From NCBI GenBank assembly GCA_054600435.1, contig BAAIJX010000051.1:124001-161469 (forward strand): a DNA stretch of 37,469 nucleotides, given 5' to 3'. Position numbers and translations under genes: made by a program. Origin of the DNA: Neophaeotheca triangularis. Taxonomy: Eukaryota. The first letter of the stretch is position 1, and the number at the start of each line of letters is the position of its first letter. The notes under the pieces are model-generated. The model had not been told where the DNA came from and ran no database searches. It saw nothing but the letters and a program-made list of their open reading frames with translations. Shown here in pieces: positions 22,069 to 33,300 of this stretch.

Positions 22069-22609
22069 GCTGAGTCGCCAATAGTGGTGGTTTAATGCTG
22101 GTGTTGGGTCCAGAAGTTCCTCAGCAGATTATCAATGGTCGACTCTGGCTGGAAGAGCGTGCGTGAGTGTGTGTTTCACAAATGAATGGCATGCACAGCG
22201 GCCAGCAAACTGTGCGTGTGTGTTGTGACGTTCAAGTGAAAAGTGCAAGGATAGCTTGGCTAGATTTGGAGGTGAGGTCGAAGGTAAACAAGGAAGATGG
22301 TAGATGAGTGTAGGTAGGTGCAGTAGCTGGCAGAAAGTGACAGCCATTGGAAGTGACATTGAATCGCGCTCTTCGGCAATCGTTCTCTGCCTGTGCAGGG
22401 TCTAAGCTAGGTAGGCTAGCGCGTGGCCATAGCTCGACTGTAGTACTTAGTCGAAACACCCCGGGCCCGACCCGATGCCCGACCTGCAATGACAAAAGTC
22501 ATGGGAAAGACCGTGGACCATTGGATGTAATGTGTCGCGAGCAACCACCACAACGTACACAGACAACAAATTTTCCGAAAGGGTCGACGAAGAACTCCCC
22601 GCCGCCGCC

Positions 22610-23128
22610 ATGTAAGCACCGCTTCCGCTCCTTCTGGCCCCCTCCACCAATCCCAACTAACCACCCTCTCACAGGGTCGTCTTCGCCCTAATGATAATCA
22701 ACAAAGCCGGCGGCCTAACCTACAACCGCACCTTCGCACCCGGTCTCCAAAAACTCGATAGCAACGACTACCTAATCCTCGCGGGAACCTTCCACGGCAT
22801 CCACGCAATCTCGCGATCCATAAACCCCGCCCCGGAAGCCCCCTCGAACCCCTCCGCATCCTCCGACCCCACCCAACGCCGCCCCGCGACAACGGGCATC
22901 GAGAGTTTGGAAAGCAGCTTTTTTCGCTTGACTTGTTTCCAAACGGTTACCGGGGTCAAGTTTTTACTTTTTACGAGCCCGGAACAGCCGAATACCGAGG
23001 TTGTTGTTAAAAGGTGCTATGAGCTTTATGCGGATTTTGTCATGAAGAATCCCTTTTATAAGCTGGAGATGCCGGTCAGAGTTGAGAAGTTTGATCGGGC
23101 GTTGGCGGCGTATTTGGTCAGGCCTTGA
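22610..23128 (+). CDS. TRS23: TRAPP complex subunit Trs23 (sybindin), about 151 aa; ATG split by intron 22612-22674
   Basis: AT|GTAAGC...ACTAAC...CAG|G gives MVVFALMIINKAGGL. Also NDYLILAGTFHG, FQTVTGVKFLL and YADFVMKNPFY.LEMPVR. Confidence 0.93.
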
Positions 23129-23739
23129 AGGGGGTTGAAGGGTTGAAGGGTTGGACGTGAGCAGGGGGATGAGGCGAGAGAAAGGGGCTTGGGGGCAGGA
23201 GCCGCGTCGAGTGATACCCGGAGACAGCAGCAAGATTTGGTACGTGGAGGTTGTTGGAATGTTTTCGAGATGGCAATGCTTTTTGAGATACCCGCCGTTG
23301 TCAAGGATGCGAGATGCAAGACAAAAGTAAGCAACACGATGTTCCTTCAAGCGAGTGTATAGTCACTAACGGAATTAATAAGTTAAGAGGGGATATTGTA
23401 ACGAGCAAAGACAATTCATGAAGGCTATGATAAACGCAGCAAGTGGCTAAACTGAAGACTCGCCCATAATAACCAGCAAAATCGGGCAACAACCTAAGCT
23501 GGGATGATTCGAGTGCCATCATAGGACAATCCAATCTGCTCCATACTTATGGCATCACAGACGGTTCAAACGTGACCTTCCTCTTTGAAACGGGGTCTCG
23601 CCGCGTAGCAGACTGCCGCAACATTCCCAGTGTCTGCTTCTCTCGACGACCAACCAAAAATCTCCCGGCATCACGGCCCGTGTTCACGTCCTAAGCATGA
23701 CCTTTCCTTTTGACATCAACGTCAGCCTCCTCCTTCTCT

Positions 23740-24083
23740 TTAACAGCAGTCGTCGCAGCACTCGCAGCAGTCGAGACAGCAGCCGCAGCACGAGTCGCAC
23801 AAGTAGCAACAGCACAACGCGGCCAAACATCCAGTGAAGCAGCCGCGCTGCTTGCCGCCAGAGTCCTCCTGCGGCGGCGGTGCCTGCTGTTGAGGCGGGT
23901 ATTGCTGGTATTGCATCTGAGGAGGCGGGTATTGGCCGTAGCCTTGGGGAGGGTAGCCCTGAGGGGGTCTGTATGTTTGTGTCAGCGTGAGGCGCGAGAA
24001 CCGTGGTGAGAGCTGGGGATGGAAGCGTACCCGTAGGACTGAGGGGGGTATTGCGGCTCGCCGTAGTATCCTTGAGAGGCCAT
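23740..24083 (-). CDS. CYSTM-type small protein (Pro/Gln/Tyr-rich N-terminus, Cys-rich tail), 93 aa, intron 24030-23969
   Basis: Spliced product MASQGYYGEPQYPPQSYG|PPQGYPPQGYGQYPPPQMQYQQYPPQQQAPPPQEDSGGKQRGCFTGCLAALCCCYLCDSCCGCCLDCCECCDDCC*. GTACGC donor, GCTGAC branch, CAG acceptor. Not in the ORF track. A likely 5'UTR intron lies at about 24239-24167. Confidence 0.88.
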
Positions 24084-25064
24084 TATAATGGAGTCGTAGT
24101 GGTAGCTGGTCTTGCTGTTGCTATTCTTGGCTTGGGTTGTTTTTGTGGTACAGCTGACGGGTAAGGCTGGAGTAAAGTGATTAGCTTTAAGCGCTCCCTT
24201 CTTCAAGAGACGGATGGTAGGCGGGTGTTGCTTACTTACAGGCCGGCTATGTCTTCTGAAGGTGAAGTCGCTGGATATCTTCGCGAGGAGGCTAGTGAGG
24301 GAATGGTAGGTCGGTCGGTAGGTGAAGTCGTCGTAGATGAGAAGGAGATGTTATTGCAAGGATGGAGACGGCGGAGGATGGAAGGGAGAATGGGTTAGGG
24401 CGGGTCCCGAAGCGAAGAACCGCTGGCGCTAACCGCTCGTCCCGATGCTCGGCGTGCTGGGCGGAGCGCGCGGAATACGTGTCACAAGGCTGAGAGTTAT
24501 GCGCGCTCAAGACTGAAGGTGACTGTCTGTCTCAGGCTTGTTAGGTAGTAGTGGTGTCGTGTACCTTATCCTAACGGGTTTTGAGCGAGAAAAAGAGTTT
24601 GATATTGTGACGAATCTTTTACGGATGAGCATGTTTCTTATGAATGGCTTACGCCCCGAGCATTGCGTATACCTCCGCCCAGCCCTACATCACATCACAC
24701 AGCCACGAGCTGAGCCACTGAACCATAATGTTATCTATATCATCGTACCTATCAAGGGTTATGTTTCAGCTGTCTTCTGTCTGCACGTGAGCCGATCCTT
24801 CCGTCGCCGAGATCTTGGAGATGTTCGGATAAGTCTCGGCATTTGAAGCTCGACTTTCACTTCGCGAATCTCGGGCCGGGAGGTCAGGGAGAAGGCGGTA
24901 TACTGTATACTGTATGAAGTCGCCGGTTTTGATCAGAAACGTCCTTCAAGCCGTTTGCCCAAGCTTCAAGTGCAAACGGGTCAGCGAGCGGGAGCTTGAT
25001 GAGATGCTTGACTGCCAACTCTCATTACGAGCCAAGTTCGAGACATTTATTGAATCAGGTCGCC

Positions 25065-25322
25065 ATGGCAGGGTCTTTGTCTCGCTGTGAGACGGTACTG
25101 GGCTATGCTTTTATCCATCCTCACGTTGTCAAAAGACAGCGCCAGCTAATTGAACGGCAGTCCAACACGGGAGAAGAGCTCAAGAAACGGGCCAGATAGC
25201 ATGGGCTTAGCCATGTAAGCTCGGAACGCATGTCAAAGCTAGAGCCACCAATGTCTTTGCAAGCAAACAGCGAGACTCACTTTGAGCCGGGGGCTTTAAG
25301 GTACGCTGTTTATGGTCTATAA
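25065..25322 (+). pseudogene. Possible decayed gene fragment, weakly RNase III-like
   Basis: GCCATGG start; CETVLGYAF.HP resembles the N-terminus of fungal single RNase III-domain proteins; in-frame TAG in RAR*HGL. No catalytic signature is visible. Confidence 0.18.
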
Positions 25323-26250
25323 GGAATGCCATCACGGCAAGCCCAAGGTCTTCTACTCTCATAGATCGAAGCGGCGTCACCGCATCGTTGCGACGGACCC
25401 CTCGTCTCGCACTACCCTCACCAGAGACGCCTATCTCATCGTCTCGTGCGCCCGCCAAATCTCACCAAGGCTCCTTGATCATCACACCCAGAAGAATTAT
25501 GCCAAATCGCCGGCACACTGTATCTCGCACAACCGCCGATGAAACGCGTGCCTTGGCGATTCCACGGAAATTGTGTGCGCGGACGGTGTCAAGTTTTAGA
25601 ATGTTCTGCATTGGCTGGAGGAACACAATCATGGTCCAGGGGTCCACAAGGCTGTATTCCCGGCGAAGCTTGAAAGGTTGGGGCTGGGGTGAAGATATTT
25701 CATAGGATGGAGTGTTGGGGGATGGGGTTTTCTTTTTAGGAATGGAGCGATTGTGATTTGTGGGTGTAGTGGAGGCCGGGGTGATGTTTTCGCGACGAGG
25801 TACAAATTCGTGTAGGCGAAAGCAGTAGAAGAAAATGTGCCCTCGCCGAACTGAGGAGGGTACGGCGGCACGGCAATGCCTGATTGGTAGTAACGGTGCG
25901 ACTTACTTAGAGGTAGAAGTTCAAGGAACAGATGGGTTAGAACGCGCCATTTCGCAGGTTGCATCGATACGCCAAGCTCCGTGAGAATCTATCATAACAG
26001 TATAAAAGTCATCGCATCTCCCCCATTGAAGCTCGACGTAGTTCTAGTCCAGCTTGCCAGGCAGGCCGGGTACAGATGGGTGACTGTACTGCCATATGAA
26101 GCTGTTCAAACTGTGCCAATGCTCGGAGTTGGCGAAACTGAATTTGGTCGTCAGTAACAGTCCAGCTGCAATGTAAGCAGCATAGAAAGAGAAGAAAGCC
26201 AAAGGGTATATTCCAAAATGTGCATAGTCTGTACAGGTCGCTGGGTATAA

Positions 26251-27132
26251 TCATTTGTTATGCCACAAGAAATTCCGTGCAGAGTCCCACCGGTCTGCGT
26301 TATCGTATCTAGGAACGGGGGAACACTCGTCAGCCGCCATGTCAGTAGTATGGTATTCCAGCTCTTTCCATTGAAGCAAAGGAAGAGAGGAGAAAGGGGC
26401 GACAAAGGGAAAGCTTTCGACGTACATGTAAGTCATGCTGCTGCGCAAGCTCGGCTGCAGCATCTCCGGGTACCACCTGAACATCCACATAACGCTGGCC
26501 CACGACATTGCCGCAAACACTGGCCAGCTCTTTTCCCTCACAGCCGTCAGCTGCTGCTCGCTCAAGCCGAGAAAGCCGACTCCTCCGTGTCCGCCGTATG
26601 AGCCCCCAACCAGTGCATTGTCACCCGGAGGCTGCACGGCCAGCTTCGCTGCCGCCAACACCACTCTTGCAAAGACGTAGATGACAATCTGCTGATTGAC
26701 ACTACTCCCGGCCGCTGGACCGTGACCAAAGACCCAGTATCCACCGAACAACCCTGCAAGAAAAGTGTGAACACTCGACTCCTTGCCGCTATTGACGGAT
26801 TTCAGCGCGAGCAAGCTGCTCTTGTAGAGGAGGGCGAATTTGGCGAGGTTCGTGGCATGTTGCCGGGTGGCTTTGTAGATGAGGCGGATCTTCTCGCGCA
26901 CTGTGCCGCTGCGAAAGAGAAAGATCATGACCAGGGCGTGGGGTAAGCGCACTTTGGTGCCGTAGACGAGACCATTGCGGATGGCTTTGACGAGGACAAG
27001 GGGTTGGTGGTATTTGGGGTCGAGGATGATTTTCTCGGCTTCTCTCTGTGAGGTTATCAGGATTAGTTTCAAACAGATACTTAGTTTGGTTTGGTATGAA
27101 GGACTTACCTGAAGAGCCTCTAGCTTGTCCAT
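26251..27132 (-). CDS. PXMP4: Peroxisomal membrane protein 4 (PXMP4/PMP24, Tim17 family), about 233 aa, introns 27108-27046 and 26425-26309
   Basis: KAIRNGLVYGTKVRLPHALVMIFLFRSG, ATRQHA.NLAKFA..YK, SSVNQQIVIYVFARV, LQPSLRSSMTY and C-terminal LWHNK. Confidence 0.92.
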   Translation of the reverse strand: MDKLEALQVSPSYQTKLSICLKLILITSQREAEKIILDPKYHQPLVLVKAIRNGLVYGTKVRLPHALVMIFLFRSGTVREKIRLIYKATRQHATNLAKFALLYKSSLLALKSVNSGKESSVHTFLAGLFGGYWVFGHGPAAGSSVNQQIVIYVFARVVLAAAKLAVQPPGDNALVGGSYGGHGGVGFLGLSEQQLTAVREKSWPVFAAMSWASVMWMFRWYPEMLQPSLRSSMTYMYVESFPFVAPFSSLPLLQWKELEYHTTDMAADECSPVPRYDNADRWDSARNFLWHNK

Positions 27133-29087
27133 GTCGCCGTTTCTTGAGCCGGGCTAAGCTCGGGTATTGATTTATTTTACCGTAAGATGCTCCTCATGTG
27201 TCGTTTGCTGGCAGTAACAAGATGGTAGAGGGGATGAATAGAGGCGTGTATTCGCAAAGGGAAAAGGAGGGAGAAGGTCGAGGTACAATAGCAGTTGATG
27301 GTAGAGCACTTGCGGTTATTGTCTCGTGACAGAGCAGTAACCTCGGCCTTGATAAAGCGATAAGCAATAAGCGGTCTCGGCAACATGTGAAAGCTGGAGG
27401 TCAACCTCACCTAACCTCAATATCACTTCGACTTCCACCATAGAGACGATAATGTACTCTGAGCATTTGAAAACTTCTCGATGAACATAGTAATTGTGTG
27501 TAGATCGTGATGAAGTGTAGGCAAGATGTTCTGCTCCACCACACCACAAAACGTAGCAGAATGGATCAAGAGAAAGCAATCCTCGTCACCACCAGAATTC
27601 TTTCGCTTTTGGATGCGTTTCAACTCAAAGACATGTGGATATCTCAACTATAGCCTTGGAAAGATAACTCCATCGCATGGGATTTTGTATTTGGCTCAAG
27701 GACCATACGGCATGCTACATCACATCGAACGGTCCAAGTAAGAAAGATCACCCGTGGGAATCATGTAGAGGTACCGATTGCCGGCTATAGTCCATCGTTT
27801 CGTCGGCGTTACATTAGTTAACGAATCTTGATCCGAGAGGCCCGTCTTCATCGCGAACGAGAGGGAAAGTGTCCTCTCAGGGAGGAAAGGGCTGCTCGCC
27901 CTTTCGGACGGCTTCGTGGATGGGCTTGCCCAGTCACCGGAACGTAAGCTGGAGGGTGACGGGGCTGCGGACGCCCTTCATGAACACTACGCCGGGGGCG
28001 AGAAATCATCAGCTCACGACTAGCGGCGACTTTTCCCGCGCAATGCTAGATGGTCCTTGATCGCATAGTGTTCTCACGCAATGAGCCAAGACTCTCCATG
28101 CAGTCTGCGGAAGCCGCAGTGTAGACCAGTATTTAGGCTACCTACCATTGCTCAATTGCCTCCTTCAATCTTCCATGTCGATCCCAACTCTTTGCTTGAC
28201 TTTGCGTGCAAGCATCTATCTTAAACACAGCTGCATCATTGCAGCCAGATTTTTAAGGAGCACAGATCCGACAGCACTAACACGAAGGATATACCGCACA
28301 TGTCCACTGACATGGGTTTTCAGCCTTATGGATTTCCGTACTAATAAACCTACCCATGTGGATGTGTTCATAATATTAATAGATGCGAGTTAAGAACTTT
28401 GAGATCAGAAGTCTAAAGTTGTGATCACGAAGTGAAAACATTGAATCAAGATTAGCCACATATGCCGATCTATACAGTGCTCTCTTTACCAAATTGCCCG
28501 AGAAGAGTTCACCACTACGCTCTATACTTAGGACCAATACATCTCCTACGCTTGTTCGAGTCAGTTCGAGTCAGTTCGGCACGCTGAATGTTTTTTAGTC
28601 CTTGGCGCGGTACCTACAGACTCTACCATTTAAATGTTCAATCCCTATAATTCGTAAGACCGCTAGCTTCGTCGAGAGGATTGCATGTTGGGTAAGCATC
28701 TAACGGAGGGCGCAATTCGTCCTGTCACCATCCCATGAGCTCCCCTTGAGTCGCCTTTTGCAGCAATCGATGGGTCTTCCTTCCCTGCTGAGTGTGGCAT
28801 GGCGCAAAAGACTATCCTATTGTGTCTAGAAGAGACTGCCTTGCAAGCTTTGTGGTTTGGTAGGGCGCACGGTGTCCGTAAAACACCTTGGCCGCTCGGC
28901 CCATTATTTCGGGGAGTGCTGGACCTTCGGTGTTGCCGTGCATGGCCTCTAAATTGCTCCGAGTTAGTGTAGACGAGGCATTGAGATTGTTGTAGGAACG
29001 GATCAAACCTTCTGCTGAAGCTTTTCCGAGCGTCTTTAAGCTGCTGCTGCTTCTGTCAATGGGTGCCAGGGCTGTGTAAGATGTATT

Positions 29088-29948
29088 TCATGGTGGCTTT
29101 TCGTCAGCTGCACCACCAGTTTCGCCCTCTTCTTGCCTTCCTCCTTTAGAATCGTCCTGAAGCTGCGACTCAGCTTTATCGATTCGCTTGAGTAAGAACG
29201 CTAGAGTAGCATCACGGGCCTTTTCGAGCGCTCTTAGCTTGGCCAAAGGCATGCTACCATAATCCGGCGTCGGCGGCGCCACGATCGCAGCCCTACTCGA
29301 CTCCATTCCCTTACCAACCTCTTGATCCGGCTTGGCCTCAGCCAATTCTCCCAAAGCCTCCTCCCCACCCGCCAACTCCGCCAACGCCTTCCTAACCGCC
29401 TCCTCCTTCTCTTTGGCCAACTCTCTCAAAACCCTCACACTCTGATCCCTTTCCCCCAGCGCCTCGACCAACCTCTCCCTCTCCTCGGCCTCCTCCTTAG
29501 CCTTCTTCCGCCGCCTCTCCTCCCCCTCCGTCGCTTCCCGCCAAACCCCCACAACCTCCCGAACCACATTCTCTATATGCTCGAACCTCACAGGTCCCAG
29601 CATAGTGCCCCCAAACCACCGGGCCACCACTACAGAGCCCTCGACATTAAGAGCTTTGAGTGCGCCCTCTACTCGTCTGCCTGCCCATTTCTCCCCATCG
29701 TCGTCGGAATCGGTGATGTATTGTTTGCGGTTTGAGAGTGACTGCTGGTTGCTTTCGCGTCGGCTGCCGAGGATGCGGTGGTTGGCCGAAGCGATCTCTG
29801 GGAGCTTTTGGAGCTCTTTGCCTGGGAGCCCCGGGGAGAAGTAGGCGCGGAAAGTAGAGTCGCGATCGTCGAGGGCTGTGGAGCGGTAAATGTTGGTGTC
29901 TTTTTGCGGTTCTGGGGAGGGACTGCGTTTGCGCTTTGGCGCGGACAT
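29088..29948 (-). CDS. IMPACT/YigZ (UPF0029) domain protein with C-terminal coiled coil, no RWD domain
   Basis: DRDSTFRA, ANHRILG.R, SDDDGEKWAG and VVVARWFGGTMLGPVRF.HI. Confidence 0.88.
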   Translation of the reverse strand: MSAPKRKRSPSPEPQKDTNIYRSTALDDRDSTFRAYFSPGLPGKELQKLPEIASANHRILGSRRESNQQSLSNRKQYITDSDDDGEKWAGRRVEGALKALNVEGSVVVARWFGGTMLGPVRFEHIENVVREVVGVWREATEGEERRRKKAKEEAEERERLVEALGERDQSVRVLRELAKEKEEAVRKALAELAGGEEALGELAEAKPDQEVGKGMESSRAAIVAPPTPDYGSMPLAKLRALEKARDATLAFLLKRIDKAESQLQDDSKGGRQEEGETGGAADEKPP

Positions 29949-30348
29949 TGAGCTGAATTGAAAGTCTTTTCACAGACTGCTGCGTGTAGAGGTTTACATG
30001 CAACCTGCGACTGTTTTCGCCCGCGTGTTTGGGTTGCTTTCCCCGCTAGCGCGGGGTTCAACTTCACTCCACGCGCACAGACACGTGCACGGCCCCAGGA
30101 ATAGTTATACATCAATGAATCAGCAAGCTCGTCTCCTTTTCGGCCGAGAAACTACGTGATCTTTCTTGAAGCAAACTTTGTACATTTTACATATCTGCAA
30201 ACAAAAGTGGGTGGGTATCAAAAAAAAAAAAAAGGCTCAGTGTCTCGCCAGGCAGCAACGCAAAATGAGCAACCAAAACAGCAGAGCCGACCCTCGCTCA
30301 CAAAACAACAAGGCCAAGAAGAAAAGACGTAATCAAGGCGACCATTCT

Positions 30349-33300
30349 TCACTCCACCTCCCCCCCAACCAAAGCTCTATCAACCGCCCAAATCCACTCC
30401 CCCCGCTCCAGCCCATTTCGACAAGCAAACACCCAAGCCTTGTTAACCGCATACACGGCCCAAACTTCCAAGTTCAGATGCTCGCGCTGCAATAGCCGCG
30501 CGAGTTGCGGTTCGCTGTCGATCCGGCTGTTGGTGAGATTGATACCCATCTCCTCGTCGCCCGCGGAACTATAAATGTGCAAGCAGGGCGGGCGGAGCTC
30601 GACGTAGCGTTTGAGCCAGCGGCGGCCGTCGGCCGAAGGCGAAAGGAGCCAGCCGGCTTTGAGGAGGTGGGGGGATTTGGGCACAGGGTCGACGGTTGCG
30701 GCTAGAGGGGCGGATTCCAAGGGGTGGGGGTTGGAGGCCAGTTGAGGGTTGGTGCTGGTGTCTGAGGAAGTGTCGGCGCGAGTTTGGAGCGTTTTGGCTG
30801 CGTTGTAGCCGCTTTGCCAGATGGAGAGGTATTTTTGAAGTAGGGCTGTTTGGGTTTCGCTGTTCTCCGGGGCGGTGTCGTGGGTGCGTGGAGGGAGGAG
30901 CATGCTGTCGCTGAGTGAGCCCCGAGCGGCTTCGATCTCCGCAGTTCGGCGCTGTCGTTGCTTTAGGTCGAGGAAGTCGTGGATGAGGGAGACGCCGCGT
31001 GGCGCCCATCCTTGCAGCATCTCCTCGCCGCTTATGTATTTTCCAGTGGTGTCCATGCGCCATAAGTCGCCGGCGCGCTTTGCAGCGCATGGCTTGAGAC
31101 AGATGCTGAAGTTGTTGCTGCTGGCGTGCACAACGCGCTGGTTGTGCCACAGCTGGGAAAGAATGCTGTTCTGCGCGAACCAGGTCCGTGGTCGCATTTG
31201 CACCGCAATGTCAAATGTAAACGGCATTGGTTGTATCACCCTTGGTGAAGACACTTCGAATTTCAGCGTCAGGCGCACGCGGTGATTCTCCCTTGTCGGT
31301 CGGTCGAGCAGCATAGAGTTGTGCACGCTCGAATCCCATTGACCGACCATCTTGACATGCGTCGTCCCGTCTGGATCGTTGCGGATCACAGCAGGGGCAA
31401 CGAGTGTTAGTGACACGTCCGGCTGCGCGGCATCTGAATCTGATACTTTGCCACTTGAATCAAGGAGATGAACCTGACCAGCACGGAATCCAGTGACTTC
31501 ATGCCAAGGTAGGGCATCTCCGGAGCTGTGCGTGAGGCTTAGGGAGATTCGCCTCTGGATCCCTTGGTGTAGCTGATAGCTGCCATTATCGAGAGTCGAA
31601 GCTTGTACAACCTCAACAGGCTGATAAGCGCCCTCCTCGCCAATCTCCAAGACCTGTACGTGCGCGAAAACATCATGACGCTCTTCCACAAAGAATTCGT
31701 GCTCGGGTATTCGCGAACTATTCCGCAAAAGCTTAGGTCGTGCTCCAACCTCGCCAGCGGCAGAGTCTCGCATGTCGTCCCAACTAAGGAGTTTGTCGAG
31801 ATGCATTGTCGTCACCTTGGCAAACACCGACACTCTCAGGCTAGCTTCTTTCGGCGCGGAAAGGGGCAAACTCATACTGTGCACACTTTCAAAACGCACC
31901 GGCCCTTCCCCAAATTCACTGATGAGGCTCGTGGTCGTGGCACCACCTTCGCCGGAAATGCCGGGGATGAAGAGCTGCGCATGCACATTCGTGCCCTCAC
32001 GCTCGGCAAAGCCCTGCATCTCGTGCATCACGACGTTGAACTTCAACGTCTCCTTTGGCGCTTCTGCGGAGCTAGGCTCGAGACTCAAGTGGACGATACC
32101 GACTACACTGTTGGTGTAGGTGGAATAGACATCGAGCGTGAAGTCCTGCACCCTGCACTCGAACACCGCCGCGAGTGGTATATCAGCGTCACCCACACGT
32201 GTGTACTCAGGCATACAGCCGGCCTCTTCGAAGGGATTGTCTAGTCGAAAATGCTGCATGTATTCTGGTCGATCCAGGTATTGATGCATTTGCCGCATCG
32301 CACGTACTCTGGTGTGTAATTTTGAGAGCGACCAGAGGCGGATAACAGAGTGTCTGAAGTCGATGGCGCGAACGCCTAGGCAGGGCTTGAGAGCCTCTTC
32401 GAGATGTGGATCATTGCTCTCCTCGGCACTGATGCCGTTGAGAACGAGGTCGTATGAAGAGCCGAAGGTGTGGCCAAGGTCAACGATGATGAACTGAAAA
32501 ACGACCCCGGCGTCCATTTGCTGGCTCATGATCTGTGCCTCTTTCAGGGTGCTCGCGTTGCTGAGTATGGCCGCAGCGATTGAAATGTAGCGTTGCTTCC
32601 GCCAGTGCTCGACAACGTGCTTGGCAAGGAGAAGGTCCTGCTCGTTCAAACCTCCCTTTCCCTGGCTCGTCGAGGGCCTCTTGAATGGACGTTGCGGCGA
32701 GGCCGGAGCCTTGTACTGGGCGAGCTGTTTGTCGAACTCCGCCTTCTGCAAAGCGAGCTGCTTCTGCATCTCCTCCTTGGCTTGTCGCAGATCTTCCTCC
32801 ATGCGAGATCTCTCAGCTCGCATCTCGTCGATCTCCATGCTATCGCCTTCGGTACTTTGAAGCTTGCTCTGGTACTCTTCTTTCTGCTTGTCCAGCTGTG
32901 CTTGCATTTCCTCGCGGACCTGTTTGAGCCTGTCGTCTTCCTCGCTTAATTGTGGCGTCGAAGGTACAGTCAGTGCCGTGTCCAGCGAAAAGTTGTCGAG
33001 CGTTCCGTTCGACATGTAGTTCTCTCGTGCAGGATGTGAAGATATGGAGTCGGAATCGTCGTCTCCTCCGCCTATTGAATCGAATATCCGGCTTTCGGGC
33101 CTCGCTTTGCGCACTGCTCGGACCCGTTGCAGATCATCAAACAATACATCAAGCTCATCGTCTGTTAGACTGCTAATCTTTTGGTCAGACCCAAGCAGTG
33201 CACCAACGGCTTCGCGGCGCGCAAAGTTCCAATCGGTGTCGTGGCCGTTACTCCGCCAAGGAGCCGGGCTATCGGTTCCTGAGCCGCTGGTATCGTCGAC

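Noticed and set aside
23710..24009. Ala/Arg/Leu-rich + strand ORF
   Set aside because: It is the antisense of the CYSTM gene.
24485..24530. GCTGAGA motif suggesting a fungal TPP riboswitch
   Set aside because: The downstream CUUGAU/GGAUAAU..AGCG core is absent and no thiamine gene is nearby.
28554..28578. GTTCGA motifs suggesting a tRNA T-loop or B-box
   Set aside because: They belong to a 10-bp tandem duplication, with no cloverleaf or A-box.
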